A DNA stretch of 64,000 bases from Macrostomum lignano (lineage: Eukaryota), in assembly GCA_002269645.1 (NCBI GenBank), contig NIVC01000517.1, positions 373,253 through 437,252 on the forward strand. Direction: 5' to 3'. The number at the start of each line of letters is the position of its first letter. Position 1 is the stretch's first letter. Below, piece by piece: positions 1 to 10,457 of this stretch. The position numbers and the translations under genes are program-made. The notes beneath the pieces were generated by a model. It was not told where the DNA came from. It saw nothing but the letters and a program-made list of their open reading frames with translations, and made no database searches.

Positions 1-33
1 TGAACAGTTGCTCGAATCGAAGTTGCAAAATAT

Positions 34-1005
34 TTATTCCTTATAGATGAGGAGCTCGAAAGTCTTCATTGAGACGTTGAGATTCGGCACGGTTCCAGAG
101 TCGTAAAGGTAGTAGAATATGCCATCGTACTTGCCATCAGAGTACATCTTGTAGACTCCGTTCGGGTTGATGGCCGCGCAGTGTCCATACCACCAGCCGG
201 CTGACTTCTCGGCAGCGCAGCTGCCATAAAAGTGTGCGTCATTGTCATATTCGGGCGTGCTGAACTGATGGTCATTTGGCAAATAAAGTGCTTCAGTTCG
301 CTGTCCGACGCTTGACCTGCTCGCGTCCAGTGGTCCCATCGAGCACCTGTACTTATCGGCCACTGGGCTAACAGAGAACGGAGCATTCTCAGCCCAGTAC
401 CAATTGCCGTTGAAGTCACTGAACTCCCAGCGGACTCTCCACACTCCAGTGGCGGTCAGCTGGTGGAGCTGCTCCAGTCCCATCCAGTAGTTGAGTCTCT
501 CGCCCTGACCGAATCCATTCACGTAGTCCCCCCAGTTCCGGTCGAAGCTGACGGAGCCGTCGACTCTGTGCTGGAACGTCGTCCAGCAGCTCAACGGTTC
601 CTTGAACTGAAATTAACAAGAGATGAAGTTCGCGCATGAGAACTCAGCTACAACTCGACAGTATCCTGATCACTGAGCTGTGCTACTCACCCACAGCTTC
701 GCCAGGCCAGGATCTCCCTCGTGCCGGCACTTTTGGCAGGCGTCCTTGCTGCCTCGGTTGCACACCAGCAGGGTGCAGTCACCCGACTCAGAGCTAAATG
801 AGACAGCGTGAGCAGCTTCGGCTCTGCTCAGACAGTCGATCTTGCTGTCACTCTTGAGCACTCGCAGCACCCTGTACTCAGAGATGTCACTGGACTGCAG
901 CTTCCAATTCGAGAGGGAATTAGAAGAGTCAGCTGGCTCAGCAACCACAGCCAAGGCGATTGCAAACATCCAACAAGTACATGTAAGTCGCAGGTTGGGA
1001 CTCAT
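34..1005 (-). CDS. Secreted fibrinogen-related protein (signal peptide + Cys-rich PAN-like region + fibrinogen C-terminal domain); join(1005..691,606..34)
   Basis: FBG motifs WTTFQHRVDGSVSFDRNWGDYVNGFG, YWMGLEQLHQLT, FSTPEYDND, GWWYGHC. Hydrophobic N-terminus in ORF 670..1005. An 84-nt GTGAG...TTTCAG intron (690..607) joins the two ORFs in frame (KLW|FKEPLSCW). Confidence 0.88.
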
Positions 1006-1597
1006 TCTGTAATTTTATTGATGACTGTCAGAGCTTTATATTGGGTTGCCAATATCGAGAGGATACCGATTGGAGATCTTATGAGCTGTGTTCGCACCTC
1101 GCAAGCGAGTTTTCCCCTGCAAAATTGACTTGTATTTATACATAGGGATAAATGCAACTGAAAGCTTTTCATTGTGAATCTGAATGCCGATTGTGTCCCA
1201 TTAAAACCCCCGACAAAAAGGCTTCCAAACTGGGACCGATAGCTTCATTTGTCTTTTTCTGCTCTGTCGCGCTTGCAAATTTCTGCAAAGAAATGCTTGC
1301 GCCACTGACGAAGCTGTGGAGATGTTTGGCTATTATGAAAAATTGCTCATCCACGAGGCGTTTGAAGCTGCGATGCTTTGAATTCGTTTCCAGCTCTCAG
1401 AGAACAGGCAGCAGTTCCAGCTCATTACCTGTTTAGATAGAAACTCCATTGTTGAGCTGCAATGTGCAGTTCCGTTATTGTCTTCTTGTAGGCTGTAACA
1501 GTAACAGAATTCAGCTCTTTTTAAATGGAGCTCGACACAGGTTCCTGCAGTTAGAGATGCAGGGGATCTGGGAGGGTGGCGATGGTGGGATACCTAT

Positions 1598-1672
1598 CTA
1601 TCTATCTCTGTCCTGTCTGTCTGTCTGTCTGTCTGTCTGTGATCTGTCTGTCTGTCTGTCTGTCTGTCTGAC
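1598..1672. repeat. (TCTG)n/(TCTA)n microsatellite
   Basis: Directly visible tetranucleotide run. Confidence 0.95.
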
Positions 1673-1721
1673 ATAGAGGAGAGTGTCTGTCATGACAGTC
1701 TGTTATGACATCCACGAAGAG

Positions 1722-2340
1722 ATAGTGGCACCCACCAAGAGACAGTGGCACCCACCAAGAGACGGTGGCGCCCACCAAGAGACAGTGGCACCCACCAAGA
1801 GACAGTGGCGCCCACCAAGAGACAGTGGCACCCACCAAGAGACAGTGGTGCCCACCAAGAGACAGTGGTGCCCACCAAGAGACAGTGGCACCCACGAAGA
1901 GACAGTGGCGCCCACCAAGAGACAGTGGCGCCCACCAAGACACAGTGGCGCCCACCAAGAGACAGTGGCACCCACGAAGAGACAGTGGCGCCAACCAAGA
2001 GACAGTGGCGCCCACCAAGAGACAGTGGCACTCACCAAGAGACGGTGACACCCACCAAGAGACAGTGGCACCCACGAAGAGACAGTGGCGCCAACCAAGA
2101 GACAGTGGCGCCCACCAAGAGACAGTGGCACTCACCAAGAGACGGTGACACCAACCAAGAGACAGTGGCACTCACCAAGAGACAGTGGCACCCACCAAGA
2201 GACAGTGGCGCCCACGAAGAGACTGTGGCACCCACCAAGAGACAGTGGCGCCCACCAAGAGACAGTGGCACCCACCAAGAGACAGTGGCACCCGCCAAAA
2301 GACAGTGGCACCCACCAAGAGACAGTGGCGCCTACCAAGA
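1722..2340. repeat. 20-bp minisatellite (GAGACAGTGGCACCCACCAA)n
   Basis: About 30 tandem copies; explains all overlapping repetitive ORFs. Confidence 0.97.
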
Positions 2341-3492
2341 CACCAAGTGTTGGCACCCTTCAGGTTTGCGGTTACCCTTCAATCAAAATTAATCAGACCC
2401 ACCGGCTAATATACTTGATTTTCATTTAGACGCCTTGGTATTTTATATACAATTGCTAGGTGACAAAGTTTAAAACGAATATGTACTCGCGCGTAAACAA
2501 TTCAAGAAACTAATTCTTGAATTGTTTACAAGAATTACATGTCATTATGAAGGCAGTGTGGGGTGCCAAGCAACAATCGAAATAATTAAGATAAAGTGAA
2601 CATTTTACAACAACTTTTGAACTGATATTTTCAACTGATATTTAAAAAATCTAAAATTAGAAAAAATGAATATTTCCAGAATATTAGCAGCTTGCTGTGG
2701 ATAAATATATAGAGTGAATAATGGCTTTGCAGCAGAATAATGCATAGTCTGAATCTATACACAGTTTCATTTTTGGGCATTATTGTCATTCGAATTGTCC
2801 TGTGACTCATCGTCTGGGTCTCCTCCTCGTTTGTCCCCTCTTTCGTCTTGAGCGTCTTGCAGCCGACCGGTTTGTGTTTCAGCACTGATCTGCCTAAAAC
2901 TATCCAAATAACGTAGCCGGCTGGCCAGTATAGCGCTCCTTGAGTTGTACTCGGATGCCTTAAAGCGGCGAACGGATCATATAAATGGTATTTTGTGCTC
3001 GATTTGGAACAGTGAAAATTGGATTTGTAAACCTATTGCGCAAATCTCTGGCATCCAAGCACTTGTCTAGATTTAGCCATATATTTTGAGGCTAATTGCA
3101 TCAAACTGCTAATAAATCATACATATGCAAGCCAGGTGCAAAATTGCATGCTCATGGACACCTGCATTTGAAGTGAAACATTTTGGCTCTGAAACACTTC
3201 CATCCAATCTGAATGTTTTACCAACCAATGAATGCTCCAACTAGCAAAAGCCGAGGTCGACGTCACCACCCAATGAAAAAGGATATGCACTATCGAAATT
3301 ATTGACCATTGCGAGACTGTTGTTTTATCAAGTAAAGTCAGTTATTTGGCTCTCGCATTGATAATCAAAAGTGATTATCAAGCTATAGTGGTGTGAGAGT
3401 CCAGAAGACCAAGGACACTCAGCATAAAATACGCTGAATTTCAAATTCTGATGGCTGCAGCGCTAGTTTTTATTTCATTTTTGCTTAACAAC

Positions 3493-5265
3493 TTAACACG
3501 ACTTGAGTGCTCTGGGGAGTGAACCGAGGTCATTTCCTTTCCCAATAACCAAACAATTCCAGATCTCTTGTGTGCTCACATTATTCAAGTAGATTTTTGC
3601 GCATCGGGAGCCGGAAGCTGAAGCTAAAAGCACTTGCTGCTTCGTCACTTTGAAGCCGCACAGGTGCTTCTCAATCAAAGACACAACCGGTCCGAATTCA
3701 TTTACCAGCTTCGGGCAGTCCACTATTTGGCCGTTTGCCGCTGTGACACCCAAGCAGCGAGTCTTGACAAGCTTGTCCACAGCTAGCGACTTGGCCGAAG
3801 CCACCGTCAGCGAGTTGTCATCATCCTCGGACACCGAATATAGCCAGCGACGCACCTGCTGGGTCGCCCTCCAGCTCGGGTGTGACAAGCTGACCCATTT
3901 TGAAGAGGGCAGCGGCTCTGATGTAGGCTTTGCCGACCTGAGCGGTGTCTGGAATCTGACGCTCGACGTCCAACAAAAGCTGAGTCAATCTGCCAGACCG
4001 AGACCCGACCGGAGCTTCACTCCTGATGCTTAAACAAAGCTCAGTTGCCGTGTTCATTGTGGAAACGTGCTTCGTAAAGCTGAAATCACTGCATTCCAGT
4101 AACTCTACTGATAGAATGTAGTAAGAAAGAAACGAAAGGAGAATCACGTTGACAGAAAATTTAGGCAGAGACTCAGTGAACGGTTTCAGGTCGCTGAGCA
4201 GGTTGTCTGCTGACTGACGGACGGCTGCTACAATCCTCGATTTTGAGTCGTGGTCTCGCTTGAGGAAAACACGGGCGTCACGCAAGAAAAAATGTCTCAT
4301 GCAGACGTCCTCGGAGTCTGAGCTCTCCATCATTGCCACGAGAATGTCCAATGACTGCTGCACCAGCGCCAGCAGGTTGTCCGGGTTCCAGTCTTTCGCC
4401 GGTGTCTCGTCAAGCATGTAGAACAGCAAGTTTTTGCCAACGTACGTCTTCAGACCGCTCACTCGGCTGCTGATCACCCTCTTGATGAGGAACTTGACGA
4501 GGATGAAGAACTGGCCCTGCACGCTGGTAAGATTGTGCATGACGGACCTTTCCAGCAGGGTTGTGCTCACTCGAAGTCGGCTGCCTCCAGACCGGGCGGC
4601 GCACTGCTGACAGCGTGGCACCTTGGCGACTCGCCCAGCACCTCTTCTCTCAGCGCTCTCATGATGTCATCGGACATGCAAGTCCTGTATCCGGCTCCAA
4701 CAGCTCGATGTGAGGGTAGCGGCAGCAGGAATGCGCCAAAATCAGATCAATTGCAGGCATCAGCTCCGACTCTTCGAATGCGATATTCGGTGCTAAAACT
4801 GCATTTTGAGGACACGTGTAGATGATAAATTACGTTTCTGTGTGTAATTTTGGATAAATTATATGCCATTATAACGAGAATTTCCTTACTGCGAACGTGT
4901 GCCTTGACGTGCCCGTCCTCATACTCCGCAGGCTCGATCTGCTCGCAGCCGTTGCGTCGAAATCCGGCCTGCTGGCCGTCAGCGACTTGCTGGTGAATGT
5001 GGATTTGCTGGCTCGCGTCTGTCATGATGTACGTCACGTCGATGTCGGAATCTGGAGCGACGCTTCCATCGATGCAGAAAAGGTTGGCGCCCCAGCCGTC
5101 AGCGTAGCTGCCGAAGATGTGTAAACTTTTAGCCAGCAGTCGGAGCAGGTCCTCAGCTGCCATTGCGAAGCCGCTCTGCACCGCTGCGTTGGTTGAGCGA
5201 AACCCGGCAGTTCTCATGGCTGATGACAGCGATGCGCTGTGAGCTGCGAGCTCACGGTGAGCCAT
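3493..5265 (-). pseudogene. cGAS-like receptor / Mab-21 family nucleotidyltransferase, frameshifted (pseudogene or assembly errors)
   Basis: GSYADG...DSDIDV catalytic motif, third acid in PAIDLILA, then CHAVSSAPPG, RLRVSTTLLE, LKTYVGKNLLFYMLDETPAKDWNPDNLL and MRHFFL (Mab-21 C-lobe). Probable intron 4889..4799 (GTAAGG...TGCAG). Single-base frame breaks near 4690 and 4587, and probably another near 3890. Confidence 0.8.
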
Positions 5266-6273
5266 ATTTACCGCTCATACAGAACTTGCGAAATTTTTTT
5301 GGAAACCATCCGAGGCGAATACCTTTTGTTGTTAAACTTTTATACATTAATTAAAGAGCTCTGGATTGTACCATATCGGGGGTCCAGGGCACAATTTCTG
5401 GTTATTTACTTATAACTGGCAATTGTCCTATTTTTGAGTGCTTTGCAAGGTTCCTTATTAAGAGGTTGCTTTCACTAACGCAAAATTTCACAACCGCTAA
5501 ATCATCTTTTTTTCATAAACGCGAAACTCAGGCCCTTGGCCTGGCCCCCAATTATGAGCTGGATAGGCGATGCCCTTGGGGTTGTAGCAATAGAGGTGTA
5601 GCTATGTCCGCCTGGAGTCTTCCCCTCGGAAACAAGCCTTCCAGACTCACTCCAATAGTTAGCCCTTTCCAAGACTTCTGGGTTTCCCGCTCTTGGACGG
5701 CTTTTCAGTAAAAATCCAATTCTGTTTTTCGCGCACTCCGAGGACCTGTCTGCTGGGGGTAGCCTGGGTGGACTCGGTCCTAGCACCGTCCCTGATTCCA
5801 CTGTTGGGTTGGCGGTGTCTTGTACCGTAGGCTTGAAGTCCCTCGCTCTTTCCCTAGCTTAAGCTGGGGCCCAATTCCATGTCTCGGGGTATCTCGGGCC
5901 CTGTACTACTAATGTCTGGGCCCCTGGTAGTGCCCCTCTGCGGCAGAGCCCCTCCCAGGGCTGATCCGCGGGTAGCCAAGCTTCCCACCCCCGTTTAACA
6001 ACAAACTCAAAAATCACAACTGCTAAAATAACTAAATGTCAATTATGATTTGTTCTCCTCCTTTGCGCTTAACTGTCAATTTTCGTAACACTTGAAGCCT
6101 ACTGCCTTATCCAAATGCCTAAAATATAATACTACTTTGACTCTTAGTGCTAACCGAGCTTTCACGGCTTCTTGCTCCCTATTCTGGGTCTCTACGACCT
6201 CGATAACTCCCTATTTCATGCAGATTCCTACTCAGGGTCTCTATGGTCTTTATAAAGCGCCGCAATGCCGGGC

Positions 6274-6970
6274 AGGCACTCATTTTGGCGCCGCAGGTAC
6301 TCATTTTGGCGCCGCAGGCACTCATTTTGGCGCTGCAGGCACTCATTTTGGCGCTGCAGGCACTCATTTTGGCGCCGCAGGTACTCATTTTGGCGCCGCA
6401 GGTACTCATTTTGGCGCTGCAGGCACTCATTTTGGCGCTGCAGGCACTCATTTTGGCGCCGCAGGTACTCATTTTGGCGCTGCAGGCACTCATTTTGGCG
6501 CTGCAGGCACTCATTTTGGCGCCGCAGGTACTCATTTTGGCGCTGCAGGCACTCATTTTGGCGCTGCAGGCACTCATTTTGGCGCTGCAGGCACTCATTT
6601 TGGCGCCGCAGGTACTCATTTTGGCGCTGCAGGCACTCATTTTGGCGCTGCAGGCACTCATTTTGGCGCCGCAGGTACTCATTTTGGCGCTGCAGGCACT
6701 CATTTTGGCGCTGCAGGCACTCATTTTGGCGCTGCAGGCACTCATTTTGGCGCCGCAGGTACTCATTTTGGCGCTGCAGGCACTCATTTTGGCGCTGCAG
6801 GCACTCATTTTGGCGCCGCAGGTACTCATTTTGGCGCTGCAGGCACTCATTTTGGCGCTGCAGGCACTCATTTTGGCGCTGCAGGCACTCATTTTGGTGC
6901 TGCAGGCACTCATTTTGGCGCTGCAGGTACTCATTTTGGCGCTGCAGGCACTCATTTTGGCGCTGCAGGC
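6274..6970. repeat. 21-bp minisatellite (GCAGGCACTCATTTTGGCGCT)n with 7-monomer higher-order structure
   Basis: About 33 copies; the same monomer occurs inside MITE-like elements at 25.8 kb and 35.6 kb. Confidence 0.97.
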
Positions 6971-8399
6971 GCTATGTTTTGTCGCCCTGCAGCAAAATGC
7001 ATTCATTCAAAGCTGCAAAAATCAAAAATAAGCAGAAAGTCTACATTTTTAACTTAAAATGTGGAGGGGCTAGATACTAATACTGCCCCCCCATTTTAAA
7101 AAGTTGGGGGGCATGACCCCACTGTCCCCCCGTTCCTACCGCCTATGCAAATTGTTAAAGAAACTCGAGCTCATCGAAAAAGTTAAGAGTTCTGGTCTAG
7201 CTATTTGGCTTGAGCTAGCGCCTTCATATAGAATTTTTGGATGGATCATAAGCGGGCCGCTATTGGTGTTGGCACAATTAAATTAAATATACGGAAAATT
7301 ATAACAAAGAAAAAAATAAAACAAAAGAGGTACAGTGTAACATTCAAACAAAAGCATAGAAATTCGGTGATTAGCTGGGGGATTAATATGCAAAACCAAC
7401 GCTACTAAAAGTATATTGCGAAATATTAAGCCCTACTATAGCCCCACATTGAGAAAATTTCTTGCACAAGAAATTCATTCTATAATATGGCTACTCTTGT
7501 TGTGAAGAAAAACTAATTAGGCTGAATGGCCCTTTGCCATGTTTTTCCGGCCCAGACGGCTTAGTGAGCGGCGCTTACCTTACCATAGATCGACCATATC
7601 TGCAGCCTGTCAGAGGGAGCGCACCTTCACGACAACAGACAGAGAGCTGTTTGTTCTGAAGGGTGTGGGTCAACGGCTGCAAGAAAAGTTCTTTCTCGTT
7701 GTTCTCGAAATGCTAATAAATGTATTCACAGGCGCAGCTCGGATCAACAGCAACAAGAGAATACACTGTTAGCGTCACAGGGCGCGCTTCAAGGCCATGT
7801 CGCGAATGAACGCCACGCCACCGGCCGAATCCGGGGCGCCGGCGTCAGCCAGAAGGCAGTGCGCGCCTGCCCCCGCCGGTAGGGTGCCTGAAGCTGATGC
7901 AAATTAATCCTGTTTTAACTGCGATTTGAAGGTGCGAATGACTTATATGGCGGCCATATGGACCGGTGCAACGTACTATAGCCGCTTCAGAATGCATTTG
8001 ACAGGGAGTTTTAAAGATTCAAGTTTTGACTTCAGAAAGTGACGGGTTTTTTAATTTGATCCTTGTATTAGGATCTGTCACTGTTTTTGTTTTTTTATTA
8101 GAGGCAGGGGGGGTTGTGTGCACCCTGGCGCACTTTAAGCGACATCAACACACAACCGGCGAGAGGCATTACTTGCCCATTCCGCCGACTTCCCTGAGCA
8201 GGCACACAAGCGCGCGGATACGTACGCAGGCACACACTCACACAGGAGTGTACAGCGGCCCTAACTTTATTTTATCGCTAGGCATGTACACTTCACTGCG
8301 CCTTGGGGGGTTGGCTCTCAAGGCCGTTAATTGCACGAGCAGAGCCAAGCCGAGATTCAAATTCAATATCAGGATGCTGATATCGGCAGGCATTTGTTT

Positions 8400-8895
8400 C
8401 AATGACCGTGGGCGATCGGTGCGTTTTCTCCTATATTCAGAGCACGCGACACTGCATTTTTGCAAGGGCTTGTCCCGTTTCATCTCCAGGTAGCGCGGGA
8501 CGGTGCTCTCGGACTTTTGACCCATAATAGCCATGATCTCGCTCATTGAATGCCCTTCCGATTCCAGGTCGCACACCCTGCCAACTCTAGTCTAGAACGG
8601 AGCAGGAAACAAGACCAGGGAAATTCAAATTATTTTCAATCATACAAACAAGCACATCGGAAAAGTCACATATACTTTCATCGACCCACTAACTCAACGC
8701 GATGCTGATTTGTGTATTCCTTCGGCAGCTGGACTTCTTTACTCAGCGCCTTCACGAAGGTCCTTAAGTGCGAGGTAGTTGATTTTCTAGGTAGAGAGCT
8801 AGCTAGGTGCGAGGTAGAGAAAGAATTCCTCGCTTCTTTCTGCTTTGAAAAAAATGCCTGGTGCCTCCGACAATCGTCGTCAGTATCACTTTTCT
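8400..8895 (-). mobile_element. Degenerate tyrosine recombinase (Crypton/DUF3504-like) C-terminal exons
   Basis: Translated pieces NSF(Y)LAP, FVKALSKEVQLPKEYTN and TRVGRVCDLESEGHSMSEIMAIMGQKSESTVPRY resemble the YTNHSxR...GHxS...Y tail of Crypton-type YRs. The pieces are separated by an intron with a pyrimidine-rich acceptor and contain small indels. Confidence 0.62.
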
Positions 8896-9017
8896 CCAAG
8901 AAAGTGCAAGTTCAATATCATTTGAAAGGTAAGTTAGAGCATACAAAAATACAAAGAGAAAATTACAATATATAAAATGGAGATTCCATACTTTGATTGC
9001 AGTTGGCATGTTCTATT

Positions 9018-9600
9018 TCAAGCAGGCGCATTCAGACAGCCGCAGGCCCCAAGGAGCTGCTGGGCTGTGCGCGTATCGTTGTCGTACTCATTCCAAAACC
9101 GCACGAACTGTTCCTGTCGGCGGCGGATGTCCACCCGCTGCAGGCGTCGAACTCCTCCCTGGGCAAGCAGCTGCACCTCAACAGTGACAGGTCGCCCTTC
9201 GTCGTGCAGCAGCTTCAGAAGCAGGTAGAACTGGAGCTGGCCACGCTGCGCTCGGTGGTTCAGCTTGCGGTGCCAGCCCTCTGTATCGTTGTTAGTGCGT
9301 ATCGCATGACGATAGACCGATAGCTCCGCGGTGGTCCAGATGCTGCTTCGGATCCAAGTTGACTGCACATAGTCACACAACTGCTGCAGTCGCTCCGAAT
9401 CCACACTTGCACGCAGCTCATAGAATGCTCGTGCGATGTTTCCACCAGCTGGCAGGAATGGCAAACCCATGAGCTTACGACAGAAGCTCTGTGTGCGGGT
9501 TATGCCTGTTGGAGTCCAATGGCCTGAACATGCCGCCACACAGCCTGGGTATAATGGAATGCGCAGCCACGAAGAGAAGACTCAGGGAATAATGAGAAGT
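9018..9600 (-). mobile_element. MULE (Mutator-like) transposase fragment
   Basis: FPESSLRGCAFHYTQAVWRHVQ (CxxH motif), FCRKLMGLPFLP, YVQSTWI, RTNNDTEGWHRKLN (third catalytic E). Frame break near 9500; N-terminal D-D region absent. Confidence 0.85.
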
Positions 9601-10147
9601 CGAAGCCTTTGATATTTGTATATTCAATATACGCGATATCCGTGTCTTATACATGTATGTGTGTCATTTGCACATATTGGTGTTCCTTGCCTTTGTGCAT
9701 TTGTGCAATATGCAACATGATTGGCTGTTCACTGAAATCCAGGCAGAGCACAACGTGTCATTCGCACACACGGTATTCCTTGCCCTTGGCATTGCATTGT
9801 GCAATATGAACGTTAACCTCTGTATTTGTCAATTATGTACATTGCTTACATGTGTGCATTCCTTACTCTGTCCCCAGTAAGATGTACGGAAGACCCAGTG
9901 CCTTTGCATGGTGTTACTAATCGGTGAACATGCATCATTTTGTCCAGTGTCTCGACTCTCACCCATGCACTCATACGTATTATAGCAGGAGAAATGTGTA
10001 GAAATGGATATAAATTATTGTACATATTACAAGTTGAAATTTAATATCAAACATTTTACTTCACTTAAACAAATGCATTCAGCTCGTAGGCCTAGTCAGG
10101 AAAGGAATGCATAACGAATGTATGCAATCAAGCGAGTCAAGCAAAAC

Positions 10148-10232
10148 CTTTCGCCGAAATGGCTTCGCCGAAATGTCCTTTCGCCGAACTGCCTTTCGCC
10201 GAAATGTCTTTTCGCCGAAGTGACTTGAAGCC
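10148..10232. repeat. Five TTCGCCGAA motifs ending in GTGACTTGAAGCC; possible terminal repeat of the MULE remnant
   Basis: Motif array visible upstream (on -) of the MULE fragment; partner TIR not found in the window. Confidence 0.4.
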
Positions 10233-10457
10233 GTGTTGTCTCACCTACTTTATTTTGTATAGCCTGGTAGCTAATTGCTGAACTAGATTTTGTACAGAAA
10301 CTGCCGCTAATGGAATTTCTTTCTGCATAATAATATAATAAATAGGCTGAACGAGAGGCTTAATTTAAGTTAGCTATTTGTGATTAGGCCTGCTCAGTCC
10401 TAAGAATAAGATTAAGCTTAAAATAAAGTTGTGCTTTTTAATAGGCCTAGATTAGTC

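Noticed and set aside
1602-2429. Many overlapping ORFs of 74-215 aa
   Set aside because: All are translations of the 20-bp minisatellite; open in several frames and both strands.
5560-6000. GC-rich non-coding block upstream of the cGLR, possibly a solo LTR or retroelement UTR
   Set aside because: No TG...CA termini, TSD or second copy identified in the window.
6092-7080. ORFs of 262-321 aa (GTHFGAA / LQALILA repeats)
   Set aside because: A 21-bp stop-free monomer is open in multiple frames; no unique coding context.
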